DNA of 63,651 nt, the filler included, from Octopus bimaculoides (lineage: Eukaryota), in NCBI RefSeq assembly GCF_001194135.2. It is 4 parts of 4 records of this genome, joined end to end, with 100 filler letters (N's around TTAATTAATTAA, not from the genome) between each part and the next. Parts side by side here need not be neighbours in the genome. Positions count along the whole stretch, not along the records: positions 1 to 16,045 come from NC_068993.1; 3 more parts are not named here. One strand, written 5' to 3'. Both the position numbers and the translations under genes were made by a program. Below are positions 1-11,015 of this stretch, one piece after another. The notes below the pieces were generated by a model, which was given only the letters and a program-made list of their open reading frames with translations, did no database searches and was not told the origin of the DNA. Every line of letters begins with the position of its first letter. The stretch's first letter is position 1.

Positions 1-428
1 GTAGAGAGGGAAGTTTATTCTAGCGAATGTTTCAACAAAAGATGGATGAACGTAGCAAGGATGGCACGTGTGAATGACGGAGCCACCTTGACCATAATCC
101 TATGAGCCAGAAAAAACAAAGGAAAAAAGAGAGTTACCTACTTGTATATGTGTTATTGTGTGACATTATTGCCCGAGGTTTTCGTGGTCTTTTCGTAGGT
201 TTTTCTTTCCACGGATAAACCTCCCCACTTTTTGGGAACTTTTTGTACTATTTCGACTTTTGTATATCCCAAACGATTTCGATCCCTTTTGATCGTTGTC
301 CTTACTTTTATTATTTTTTATTTTTGTTTATTTTTGACCCCCTCGAAAAGAAAACCTCTACATTGTATTTGTCCCCTCTATGTTCAGCTCTGTGTGGCCA
401 ATAAAGAAAGTTATCTATCTGTCTATCT
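1..428 (+). mobile_element. 3' end of a Tx1/L1-clade LINE (ORF2 C-terminus, 3' UTR, (TATC)n tail)
   Basis: Frame 1 from base 1 reads VEREVYSSECFNKRWMNVARMARVNDGATLTIIL* (stop 103-105). The 3' UTR at 361-410 matches the 3' end of the next element (4902-4950), including AATAAAGAAA followed by TATCTATC. Confidence 0.75.
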
Positions 429-628
429 GATTGGCTGTCGTCGCTTCGTCTCTCTTAAGTCCAAACAATTTCTCGTGTTTATTTATGTGAATTTGTATTG
501 AATTTCTGTCAAAGAGTTGGTTAACAACATTTGCTTTCGCCTGAGCGAGTCTCTCACTCGAAAATTTAAGGGTGAATTTTCGGATTTTAAAATTTTATTA
601 GAAAAAAAAAATTAATCTGTCCTGAAAA

Positions 629-2474
629 ATGGATAGCTTTCCAGAGGCTGCAAGCATTCCTGCATCCTAATTCGACATTAATGATTTCCCTAAACTGCCG
701 AATGCTACAGGGAAGATTCACATTCACACACACAGTTGAACAACGTCAACACACATTCTGACACTAGCATTCCTAAGCAAGCAGGTGGGAAAGGAAAGCA
801 AGAAGAATGGAAACATGTCTGGTGCCACGTCCGCTGCCACCACTACTGCCACCACCACTGCCATCACGACCAGCACCACCAGCACCAACACGAACAGACA
901 AAGTAACTTTGCTTCAGTTCTGAGGCAAAGGAAACAAATCGTTTCATTTACCCCGTAACAATTGATGGAAACCAGATCCCTTTTATCTATGGAAGGTAGA
1001 ACAATAAAACTAAATACACCGCGAGACATTTTAGAAAACATTAGTAAAAAAACTATTATATATAAGACCATAAATTTGAAAATGAGAAATATGAACCGAA
1101 AATATGAACCAACAGACAACTGAAAAATGTCTAATGCCGATATGAGCACACAAAAAATACATCACAAAGGGCAAAAGATTTGCTACAGTTGAAGTCAGAT
1201 TTGACACAGAAGAGCAAACAAAAGCTTATTCCACACAGTCACTAGAGTGCGAGGAGGTCATCATAATTCCTACTTACCTTGGTCGGCGGTTGACGAAAAA
1301 AAAAAAAATTAAAGATGTGCCCCCTGAGGTAGAAGCACGATGGCTGGTGTCAGCCATCTGCTACAACTTCGAGGAGGTCATTAACGTCTTAGAAATTGCC
1401 GTCCTCGAGCAGCAAAACTGTGTAGGATCAAGAGACGATCGAAAATGTGCCAGATCTTATAAAACTGCCGGACGTTGCCACCTTACATGGTGCCGTTGAA
1501 TGCAGAAGACCAAGTTGTTACCTTTGTGGCAGCAAAAAACACATAAAAGTTAACTGCCCAACAACAACAACAACAACAACAGCAACAGCAACAGTAGCAA
1601 CAACAAAAAGAAAATATTACCTGTAAACCAGCACTGTTACCCACACCACCACCAGCACAACAGATGAAAGCGCTGCACGAACAGATGAAACAGGCCCACA
1701 AAACACCAAACCAACTCAACCCAACCAACTCAACTAATCAACACAATCAACAGCAGAAGCAACACCATCGCCACCACCAACAACAACAGCTACAGAAGTA
1801 CCAAAGCCTGAAAAGGAAAAAGAAACTAACCCCCCCCACCAGTATATCACTTTTCAATAGCCACCAACCAACACTAACAACAGCAATACCATCAACACAT
1901 CCACAAATCGACCCCAATACCCTTCCCCTCCCATTTTCTGATTCCTCCGACATGTCATCTATAAAGGCGACACGGTGGAATGGCAAATGTTCACAGGGGA
2001 AGAAGAAAAAATAGGAAAGAAAGAACAACCACTAATCAAACAAAGCAGAGAGATACAGCAATCCCGACAACAAAACTCCCACACAACACCAGCACCAACA
2101 CTACAAACATACAAACACCAACAATGATAACCGCGATCAACACGAACAATTTGGACCTAATGCAAAACATCAGGTTACACACCAACATAACTGAAAACAT
2201 TTTCAAAACAAACAACCACCCACGCACAACACCACCACAGCACATAAAAATAGTACATACGACACAAAGCACGCACAAATTAATGAAATCTCTCTACCCT
2301 AATGCAGTAGGAAGATTTCAAAAACATTTGTCTAAAAAACTATATAAAAATCTCCTCACGGAAACTAAGGAGGAAAATCCCCAACTTTCGAGTGACTCTC
2401 TTTCTCTCCCTCTCACTTTCTGTTTTCGCTTTGTGTCTAAAACACAACTTTCGTCAGATTCATGCTCAAGATAG
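629..2474 (+). pseudogene. LINE ORF1 remnant (frameshifted, with CAA/CAC low-complexity tracts)
   Basis: Pieces MDSFPEAASIP..DFPKLP, MSGATSAATTT..NFASVL, EEVIIIPTYLGRRL..IKDVPPEVEARWLVSAIC lie upstream of the endonuclease ORF; multiple stops and frameshifts. Boundaries are approximate. Confidence 0.55.
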
Positions 2475-4850
2475 GTAGTATAAATGTGCATGGCTTGGGG
2501 TGGCCTTGGAAACAAGGTTACCTGTTAAACGACATCAGGTCACAAAATGTAGATATCATAGCCATCAGCAAAACCAGACTCTCCAACCCGCGGACGCCTC
2601 CCGTATATGTTCGGCAGACAATTCGATATTTATTTTCCCCCGTGTCTGCCAGAATGGGCGGTGGTGGTACTGTGGTGCATTTTCGAAAGAGTCTGGATCT
2701 GAAAGTAAGGGAAATATTCTTAGACCCGGAGGGCAGGCTGGTCGTGTTGGATGTCGATGGCAGTAATGGATGTGCTTTCCGACTATTAACAGTGCACTCA
2801 CTGTCCTTATCAGATCGGCAGGATTTCTTTCGACGTCTAGAGGTTTTCCTGGGAATGTCTCGACCTTTACTTTTAGTGGATTGGAACGCTACCTTGGACA
2901 CGCATTTGGACTATGTAGGTAGAAATAGGAAGAGAAGGCGATGCAAATGCCTCATAGACCTGTTCAGACGTTTCCAACTGTCTGACAGGTACCGATTGGA
3001 CTACTCAAATGTGCCAATATGGACATGGACCAACCATATCGAGTCGTCCAACCATATCGGGTCGTCTAGATCGTATTTAGATAAAGTATTCTGTAGGACA
3101 GTGGATAGGGATAGTGTAGGTTGCCTACAACTTCATATAGTCAGCTACACAGATCACAAATTTGTGACTTGTACGCTCAACTTAGATAAGAATCATAGGC
3201 AGGGTCCGGTTACTGGAAGCTGGACGCGTCATTCTCGGCGCAACAGGCTTACAAAGCCCGGATTAGCACATTAGTTGAGAGGGCATTGACGGAGGCTATC
3301 GTCAGCAACAAATGATGGTTTGCCCTAAAGAGAGAAATCAAAGTAGAATCGGTTAGGTATAGCAAGGCTTTAGCGATAGATCGAAATAGAATAGAGGGAG
3401 ACTTACTTAAGAAATTAGAAGAGGCACTTAGCAGTGACATCGCGTCCAACATGATTGCGGCGAGGTTGGCCCTTGTCCAACATTTCAACGCCAAACACGA
3501 TGGTTGCTTTGTCAGAGCTAGGATGCGTGCCCCGAGAAACGAAGGAATTGCAGCCGCCCGAGGGGCCCGGATGTTGGAGGCGCAACGTGGCCTTTGATGA
3601 ATGAACATGGCCGTAAATTACTCGAGCCCGAAAAATGTGTGAGACCTTTCAGCAACACTTTGCCCTTCTTTTCCTTCAGGACGACTGGTGGGTCAGAACG
3701 CAGGGTGGACTTTAGTGCCTACCTGCATGGCCTGCCACGACTCTCGGCAAGAGAGGTGGAATGTTGTGTAAGTCCCATTATAGCGAGAACTAGGATGTGG
3801 GAGGAGCGTGTCTGCATACGCAGACGATGTCACCGTCATAGTGTAGAGCCATAAGCATATCGACCTGGTTGGCGAGACGCTAAAAGAATACGAAAATTAA
3901 CCCGGCAAAGTTAGTGGGCTTGAAGCTCGGCACCTGGAGAAGCAAGCCCATGGCGTCCAACAGCGTCTCATCGTGGGACACTAGACTGACGGACCGGTTA
4001 AATTGCTCGGGTCTGGTTCGGTCCAGACTTCCAAATGGAAAAGAACTGGGACAAGATAACGAGTAAAGTGGCCACTCTCACACAGCAATGGGCCGAGAGG
4101 AAGCTATCTCGGGCTGAGGTGGCGAATGCATACATCGCATCCGTCCTCTACTACCATCTGACCGTCGTGCTTTGTCCCGACCGTACCGTCACAAAACTGG
4201 TGCGCATACTCTTCCGCTTTTTGTGGAAGGGAAGCGTTTTGTTGGTCAGGTGGTCCATTTGCTGCCAACATCCGCTAAATGGAGGGCTGGGTATGCCGTG
4301 GTTAAAGATGCGCAGACCTGCTCTAAGACTGCGACATCTCCAGCGTTTCATAGACGATGGTGAACAAGTGTGGTCACCATTGCACTTTCCCGCAGCTCGT
4401 CTTATTGACCGAACTGCAATTGCGAATCAAACAAAGACCGAAGCTGGGCGAATGGCACCGCGAGTGTCGCCATGCTCTCGAGCAGCTCTGCCATCTGGGA
4501 TCAAACTTGTGCGACTTCAATTCCACGAAGGTGTTCTATAGGGGATTAGTAGAAGGAAGGTGCGACGACGTTNNNNNNNNNNNNNNNNNNNNNNNNNNNN
4601 NNNNNNNNNNNNNNNNNNNNNNNNNNNNNNNNNNNNNNNNNNNNNNNNNNNNNNNNNNNNNNNNNNNNNNNNNNNNNNNNNNNNNNNNNNNNNNNNNNNN
4701 NNNNNNNNNNNNNNNNNNNNNNNNNNNNNNNNNNNNNNNNNNNNNNNNNNNNNTGGACCGACTTACCCGAGATGCGGTCAAAGCGACGAAACTGTTCTGC
4801 ACGCACTCGTGCAATGTCCAAACATTTTGTTATTTCCCTGTTTACACGTC
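2462..4850 (+). pseudogene. LINE ORF2 (APE endonuclease - reverse transcriptase), disrupted and internally deleted
   Basis: ORF 2462-3274 has APE motifs (INVHG, DIIAISKT, DWN, SYLDKVF, YTDHKFV). SAYADDVTV has YADD at 3817-3828, directly after pre-RT sequence, so most of the RT palm is deleted. ORF 4035-4541 is post-RT sequence, and PRCGQSDETVLHALVQC follows the gap. Confidence 0.9.
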
Positions 4851-5053
4851 CCAAAAGGTTTTTCTTTCCCTTTTGATCGATTTCGAAAAAGAAAAATTCG
4901 ACATTGTATTATCCCCCTCTGTGTTCGGCCCTGTGTGGCTAATAAAGAAATCTATCTATCAATATATCTATCTATCTATAGGTATGTTGGTGCAAATAGG
5001 AAAAATAGAACTCAAAATATGAGTATATATATATATATTGATATTTAACAGAA

Positions 5054-5138
5054 GTAACAGAGTGTCTCAAGGTCGCAGGCCTTCTGGTTTGATAAGTACT
5101 AACACATGAAATTCTCGGACCTTGAGACACTTTGTTAC
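5054..5138. repeat. Inverted repeat, 21-bp arms (20/21), 43-nt spacer
   Basis: gtaacagagtgtctcaaggtc (5054-5074) vs gaccttgagacactttgttac (5118-5138). Confidence 0.9.
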
Positions 5139-5150
5139 CTCAGATTTTCT

Positions 5151-5272
5151 GTTCACCCAACTTCACTCACACAGTTTGGATAAAAAGACACTTGTGTTAA
5201 GGTGTAGTACAGTAGGATTGAACCTAAGACCTCATGATTGCGAAGCGAACTTCTTAACCACTCGACCATGTC
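5151..5272 (-). mobile_element. tRNA-derived SINE head fragment (family A, CORE-like)
   Basis: Reverse strand reads catggtcgagtggttaagaagttcgc..ggttcaatcc..caccttaacacaagtgtctt: A-box, B-box and CORE-like segment, homologous to 23270-23643. Confidence 0.7.
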
Positions 5273-5638
5273 TATATCCTCTTTAATAGTTTTATTGCAA
5301 GCAAAGAACATCCGTATTAATATATGAAAAGAAGTTAGATGATGACTAGAACAAAGGAACAATGCACTGCAGAGCAAAGTGACTTGCAGTGTGTAGTTGC
5401 GCCTCTGAGTTAAAATCGAACCAGGGTCAACTTTTATATTTACCCTTCTGAGGTCGATACGTTTCATAACAATCAAGTACCGGGATTCGATTGAGTCGAC
5501 TATGTTCCCCTTCTCTTGTTGAAAGTTATCTTGAATATTTGGACATCTAGTCGATTGAAAGAGAGTATTATCAGTTGATTTAAAAATATTTGAGCATTTA
5601 GCTGTATTCTTCAAAATCAGTTAAAGAACAGAAGTAGA

Positions 5639-6979
5639 TCTGTATATATAAAAGGCAGGATGTGTGTGTGTGTGTGTGTGTGTGCGTAAATGTAATTTAT
5701 GCACGTCCACAAATTAGCACCCATGTCGCTCCAATTTTAAGAGGACATTCATCATGACCCTGTCTGCATTTTCGTCAGTTTTTTCTCTCAGAGGCACCCG
5801 CGTATAGCTGTAAAAATCGATTTTCAACCATAAATTTTACGAATTTTGAAGTTTGCAAACATGGCGAAGTCAAAGTGTGCGTAAGCGCGTGAAGGAGAGA
5901 GAGAGAGAGAGAGAGAAATTGTGTTGATGTATGTGTGAGAAATAGAGATTGTTTGCCAGCGTCTAACAAAAAGAAAGTAAAGAAAAAAGTGGGAGAGGGG
6001 AGTAAGGAAGACAGTGTCAGCGTTCATGAAAAATGAAAATGTAAAATGCTTCTTTTTCTTCTTAAACATGAGATATAGTTTCAAATATAAGATGTTTTTG
6101 AAAGACACTATATTTTATGATGAGATTATATATACTTTCTCACACAACAATTAAAATACATTTATTTTAAATCGTTCATCTTTCTCCCCCTCTCACTCTC
6201 TCTCTCACACACACACACAACTACTACTTTGGGAGCGAACGAGTTTTGTTTATATTTCACGCCGAAGAAAAAAGTTTATTGACAATCCATTTATTTAACA
6301 ACAATGAAACAAAGAGGTATGTAACAATTTGTCAGTGATTTACACAATATAAATAGGTAAAATTTCCGAGGCTTCCACCACCCCAACCCGTTTTTCGGAC
6401 CACAAAAAGGGTTTGGTAATTTTTCAGATTAACACCCACACGATTTCCACTAGGGTGTTAGGGTTAGGGTTTTAGGGTCAGGGTTAGGGTTTTAGGGTTA
6501 GGATTAGGATTAGGGTTAGGGTTTAGGGTTAGTGTTAGGGTTAGGGTTAGGATTGGGGTTGGTGTTAGGGTTACGGTTTTAGGGTCGGGGTTAGGGTTTT
6601 AGGGTTAGGATTAGGGTTTAGGGTTAGGGTTAGAGTTAACCTAGAAGGGACAAGCCCCTTATTTTTTGGTTAAGGCTGTTGGTAAGTTTTCCTAAGTTAC
6701 TCCAATCCAGATCCCCAATGCAAACCTTCAGATCAACCTTCTCCTATGCAAATCTCTAATGCAACTTTAAAAAAACAGTCAATGAGAGGAAATAACAAAT
6801 AAACTGATTCCTTATGGGATTTCCTAATCAAATTGCCAGCAAACCATTTTCAGTCAAACCAATTTCAACGGATTTCATTCAAATCTGATGTCAATGTTAC
6901 TTATTTTGGTTTGAAATAAAGCACTTGATCACATTATAATCCTAGCTTAATCCCGGGCAGCGCCGGGCTATACTGCTAG
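5639..6979 (+). mobile_element. Non-autonomous Helitron
   Basis: Starts TC (TCTGTATATATAAAAGGC) after an A and ends CTAG (6976-6979) before a T. A GC-rich subterminal hairpin cccgggcagcgccggg lies at 6952-6967. There is no TSD. A second copy of the 5' ~820 bp is at 58365-59260 (-). Confidence 0.85.
6451..6637 (+). repeat. Degenerate interstitial telomeric-like array (TTAGGG with TTTTAGGG/TTAGGA/TCAGGG variants)
   Basis: Directly visible, about 28 units, internal to the Helitron. Confidence 0.95.
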
Positions 6980-7049
6980 TCTACAATAAACGACGTTGCA
7001 ACTGTGACGATTCAGTCTTTTATTGGGATATACATCCAGTGCTGTAGAT

Positions 7050-7210
7050 GCACTATGACCGACTGGATGAGAAGTCCATTTCTCAATCATAAGGTCCCAG
7101 GTTCAATTCTACTGCATGGCACCTTGGCCAAGTCTTTTTATCATAGCTTCGGTCCGATACATACGTTGTGAGTATAATTGGGTTGATGGAGACTATTTGA
7201 AAACTTGTCG
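7050..7210 (+). mobile_element. Degenerate SINE family A head/CORE fragment
   Basis: ggttcaattctactgcatggcaccttggccaagtctttt..ttgtgagt..ggagactatttgaaaacttgtcg aligns by eye to 23270-23420. Confidence 0.6.
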
Positions 7211-8415
7211 GGTTGATTATACATCCACTTCAAATATTGAGCCTTCTCAATCCCTTTTGTCACATTGATTATGCTTGAGAATTATTGTGAGAATTGTCTG
7301 TGGAATATTCAACTAACTTTTTAAATTTAATTAATTTGGTAATTCAGTTGATCGCAAAGTTGAAAAATTGATCATGGGATTCTGACCGAGACCTGTGTAT
7401 ATCTAGGACTGTATTATTCAATATGTGATTCCATTATTCAAGACAAGAGAGAGGTTCTACATGACAGATGGCAGCGTAGAAGCTCTCGTTGGTTTGTTCT
7501 CCCCTGGTATTATGTATTAAAGCTTATTTGTGGGTCAATGATTCAATCCCACAGAGCCTGCAAGATTTAGGTTCTACATAAGAAATCATTGAGTTAGGGA
7601 CATGAGTGGCAATTGAGTGAATAACAGAGGAATTACATAAAGCACAGTACCAAATTAAATGAGATATATTGCTCAACAAATTTAGAAATTTTGCTATTTT
7701 CTAATTAAAAGTTATTTAAAAGGGTCATTCTTATCTTAAAATAGAAAAATAAGAAAAGTGAATAAAAGGAAAATAAGTAAAATTCAGCAACTGCCACTCT
7801 AACTCACACTTCAGTTAATTAGTTCTTGTTTAAATTAATGCTTATCTGCCATGGTACACAGACAATTACAAAAATTGGATGATGTCTATATTTTATATTC
7901 ACAGACAAGCTTACAGCACATTTGCAATAATATTCATTGTGTGCATGTATGCAGGAATGTATGAATACACAGAGTTGTATGTGAACATGTATGAATGTGC
8001 ACATAGACACACACACGCATACGTGTGCGCACACACTCAAGAATATATAGGCGAACACATTTGTATATACTTATACTACATCTCAATGAGAGTATATGTG
8101 CATATATAAATCTCCATATATTTTAGTACTTGTAAATATACAGTTACGTGTGTGTACAAACATTTGAATCTGTATGCATATGTATATATAAGTGTGTGCA
8201 TGTGTATATATATGTATATATATTTATATATGTATGTATGTATATATATATGAATATTTATGCATATATATATGTATGTATATATGTATATAGTTATGTA
8301 TATATATGTATAAACATAAATATAAATATATATGTATCTATATATAAGGTTTTACTTTTCGTAATGAGATAAAAAACCAAGGCTGTGTATATTTTAGAAC
8401 ATTTATAAACAGAAG

Positions 8416-8463
8416 GTCTTACAGCTGTTTCCAGGATGTTTATTATATTCCTTCATTGGAGAT
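8416..8463 (-). ncRNA. Degenerate minimal type I hammerhead ribozyme fold
   Basis: tct CCAATGA agga-loop-tcct g GAAA cagctg TA aga: palindromic stem III ACAGCTGT, with CTGATGA mutated at two positions. Confidence 0.45.
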
Positions 8464-8890
8464 GGTGTGAGAGAATGGTTAAGCAATAGTTAATTTAGAT
8501 AAGATAGGAAATAGAGAGTGAATTGGAGGAACGGAAATAGATGTGAGATATGCAAGGATATTGTATTTGTAAATCCATTGTTTAGGCAAAATGGTATACA
8601 TATAAGATTCCAATACCCTACGAGTAAAATCCAATAGTCTTTAAAATCGGTCACTGTATTTGTAAATCCATTATTAAGATTCCAATACCCTATGGGTAAA
8701 ATCCAACAGTCTTTAAAATTGGTCATTCCAGATACAGAGTTTATGTATCTATATATGTATATCTAAAAAATTTAGATGCAGGTGAATATGGCACTTAAGT
8801 TTAGGCACCAGAATTTAGTATAGTATTATCCATACAGTTTCAAAATAAGGTGATTAAGATCAAAACAAGCAACAAGGATATCTAAAGTTA

Positions 8891-8980
8891 ATGCAGTACG
8901 ATCATTTCATGCGAATCCATTTAATTGAGCAATGTAAACATTACATCAAATATAAAATGTAGTGCAATCATCAGCCGCAC
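8891..8980 (-). ncRNA. Hammerhead-like fold with intact core and long stem II insert
   Basis: gtgcgg CTGATGA t tgc..(~50 nt)..gca t GAAA tgatcg TA ctgcat: stem I is 6 bp including 2 GU pairs, and stem III is near-palindromic. Confidence 0.35.
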
Positions 8981-10384
8981 AAAGATATAGGAATTTAATG
9001 AAATTACATTTAAACAGAAGGACATATTTTTGTAACTACATTTAAACTCTCCAAGTAGAAAGGAAGAATACAAAAAACTATTTTGACTTAGCCAGACCAT
9101 ATAGGCTAGTAAATAATTCTAAGCAGAATTTTAGCTGTCACTGATTTTATTTGTTTATTTGGTTCTGATTTATGGACTATCTTATCAGACCTAGTGATTC
9201 AAAGCTTAAGAGGACAGTGGCATTTTCTTTGTAGGGTAAGGGGTAAACAGTATAGACAGTAAACATGGATGATATAGTTATAAAATTTCTTAGGGTTTGG
9301 TGACAAACTACTATGGGGGGGGGGGGAGTTCTCTACTTGCAGACTAGTTTATAATGGAACAGGGGAAGTCTTATCATAAAGCACCTAGGCCAAACGTATA
9401 TAAAAAATAAAGTTGCTATATTGTATACAGATACAGTAAATGGTTATTCATAGTTTTCATTAATCAGAATTATATATCAGTATTGTTTTACATATGCTAA
9501 GTTTGAAATACTTGAGATACCAATATTTGCTTAATGTGAATAAATAATGTGAATAAATAATGTGAATAAATAAAGGCTAATTATAAATTAATAATGAAAT
9601 AAAATGAAATAGTGTATAATAATGTAAATAATCAATTAAGGCAGTATACAAAAACAATGAAGTGGCATTAATTTAAATGCTATGGTAAAGTACGTTTAGA
9701 CTTATTTACACCAATATAAAGGACCCATAGATAAGATGTGAAATTAAAATTTATATATATATTGGACTAAAATTTTAAAATTAAACTTGTATATTTAATA
9801 TCATTAAAAGGACACATAAGAAATAAATTTATTATACAGTTAATATAAAGAATTGATACATTGGATTTACATTGTATATAATGATGGGCTCATCAAGGTT
9901 TAAGAAACTGATAAATTGAACGATTGGAATTAACATAGAATATAATGGTGAACTAAACTATTACTAGAGAACATGATAATTATGTACTAATTTAATTAGA
10001 TTGCACTATCTTAAATTATCAGGAACTGGTATTAACTAACATAGGCTAAATACAAAGTAATAATGGAACAAGGATTAGATTTATTTAAGTCACCTATAAA
10101 ATAACAATGATAATGCTACAACAACAATAGAATAGCATGAATCCTTTAGGTTCAGGCATCAAATAAAATTTAAAAGGTTTAAAAACTATTGAAAAATTTC
10201 AAACATCCTATTCATTAAAGTTAAGTAAAATACGCACTAAACTAACAGCAATAGCAAATGTGATATGGAAAAGATTTAAGTAAAACCATATACCATCAAT
10301 GGATAAAGTTAAAATTTTTGTTTTCACAGGAAGATTATACATTAAGGTGAGAGATCAAGAATTTGCTATAAAAGTTAAATTTCA

Positions 10385-10890
10385 ATTTAAATATGTGATT
10401 TAGTAATCACGATAAATAAGAATTATAGAAAATATTTGATATATCCAATATCTAAAACTAAAAATATTCAAATTAACTTGATTAGCTTATCTCTATAGTA
10501 ACAACAATCCAATCTAGACTAAAGGAAAGTTAATGCTATAGCTTGTATTTATAAGGATAAAGTGAAGATACCCATATTTGTATATTGCAAAGATAGGGGT
10601 GCCAAAAAATAGGTATGTCTGGAGGTAATTATGAGGTATAAAATAGTCATGTAGGGTAGAAAAAACACATCATGGAAAGAAAAAAATATAAATTAGTCAA
10701 ATCTCTAAAATCAAGATGAAGTTAATATGTGATTTAGTAATCACAATAAATAAGAATTAGAGAAAATATTTAATATATCAAATATCTAAAACTAAAATTG
10801 TTTTAAAAAATTTACTTAATTAGCTTATCTCTATGGTAACTACAATTCAATCTAGACTAAAGGAAAGTTAATGTTATAGCTTGTATATTT
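10385..10890 (+). repeat. ~165-bp direct repeat (about 10385-10550 and 10722-10890)
   Basis: aatatgtgatttagtaatcac..tctagactaaaggaaagttaatg occurs twice. Confidence 0.85.
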
Positions 10891-11015
10891 ATAATGACTA
10901 TAGTCCAGTATTAAACACAGGAAAGTTAATGCTATAGAGTTTACTCACTTATGCACTAATCATAGACTAAGATAAACATGGTAGATATTAAAATACCACA
11001 TCTTTATAATTCTAA

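Larger units (their letters stand above)
429..4980 (+). mobile_element. Near full-length, decayed Tx1/L1-clade non-LTR retrotransposon
   Basis: Two-ORF layout: ORF1 remnant, APE endonuclease, YADD RT motif, C-terminal Cys/His motif, then a 3' UTR with AATAAA and TATC tail. Spans gap 4573-4753. Confidence 0.85.

Noticed and set aside
724-2515. Hydrophobic or Cys-rich minus-strand ORFs (724-1149, 1483-1728, 2036-2278)
   Set aside because: Antisense readings of CAA/CAC-rich LINE ORF1.
6451-6637. True chromosome end or telomere fusion
   Set aside because: Short, degenerate, single-orientation array inside an element with intact Helitron termini.
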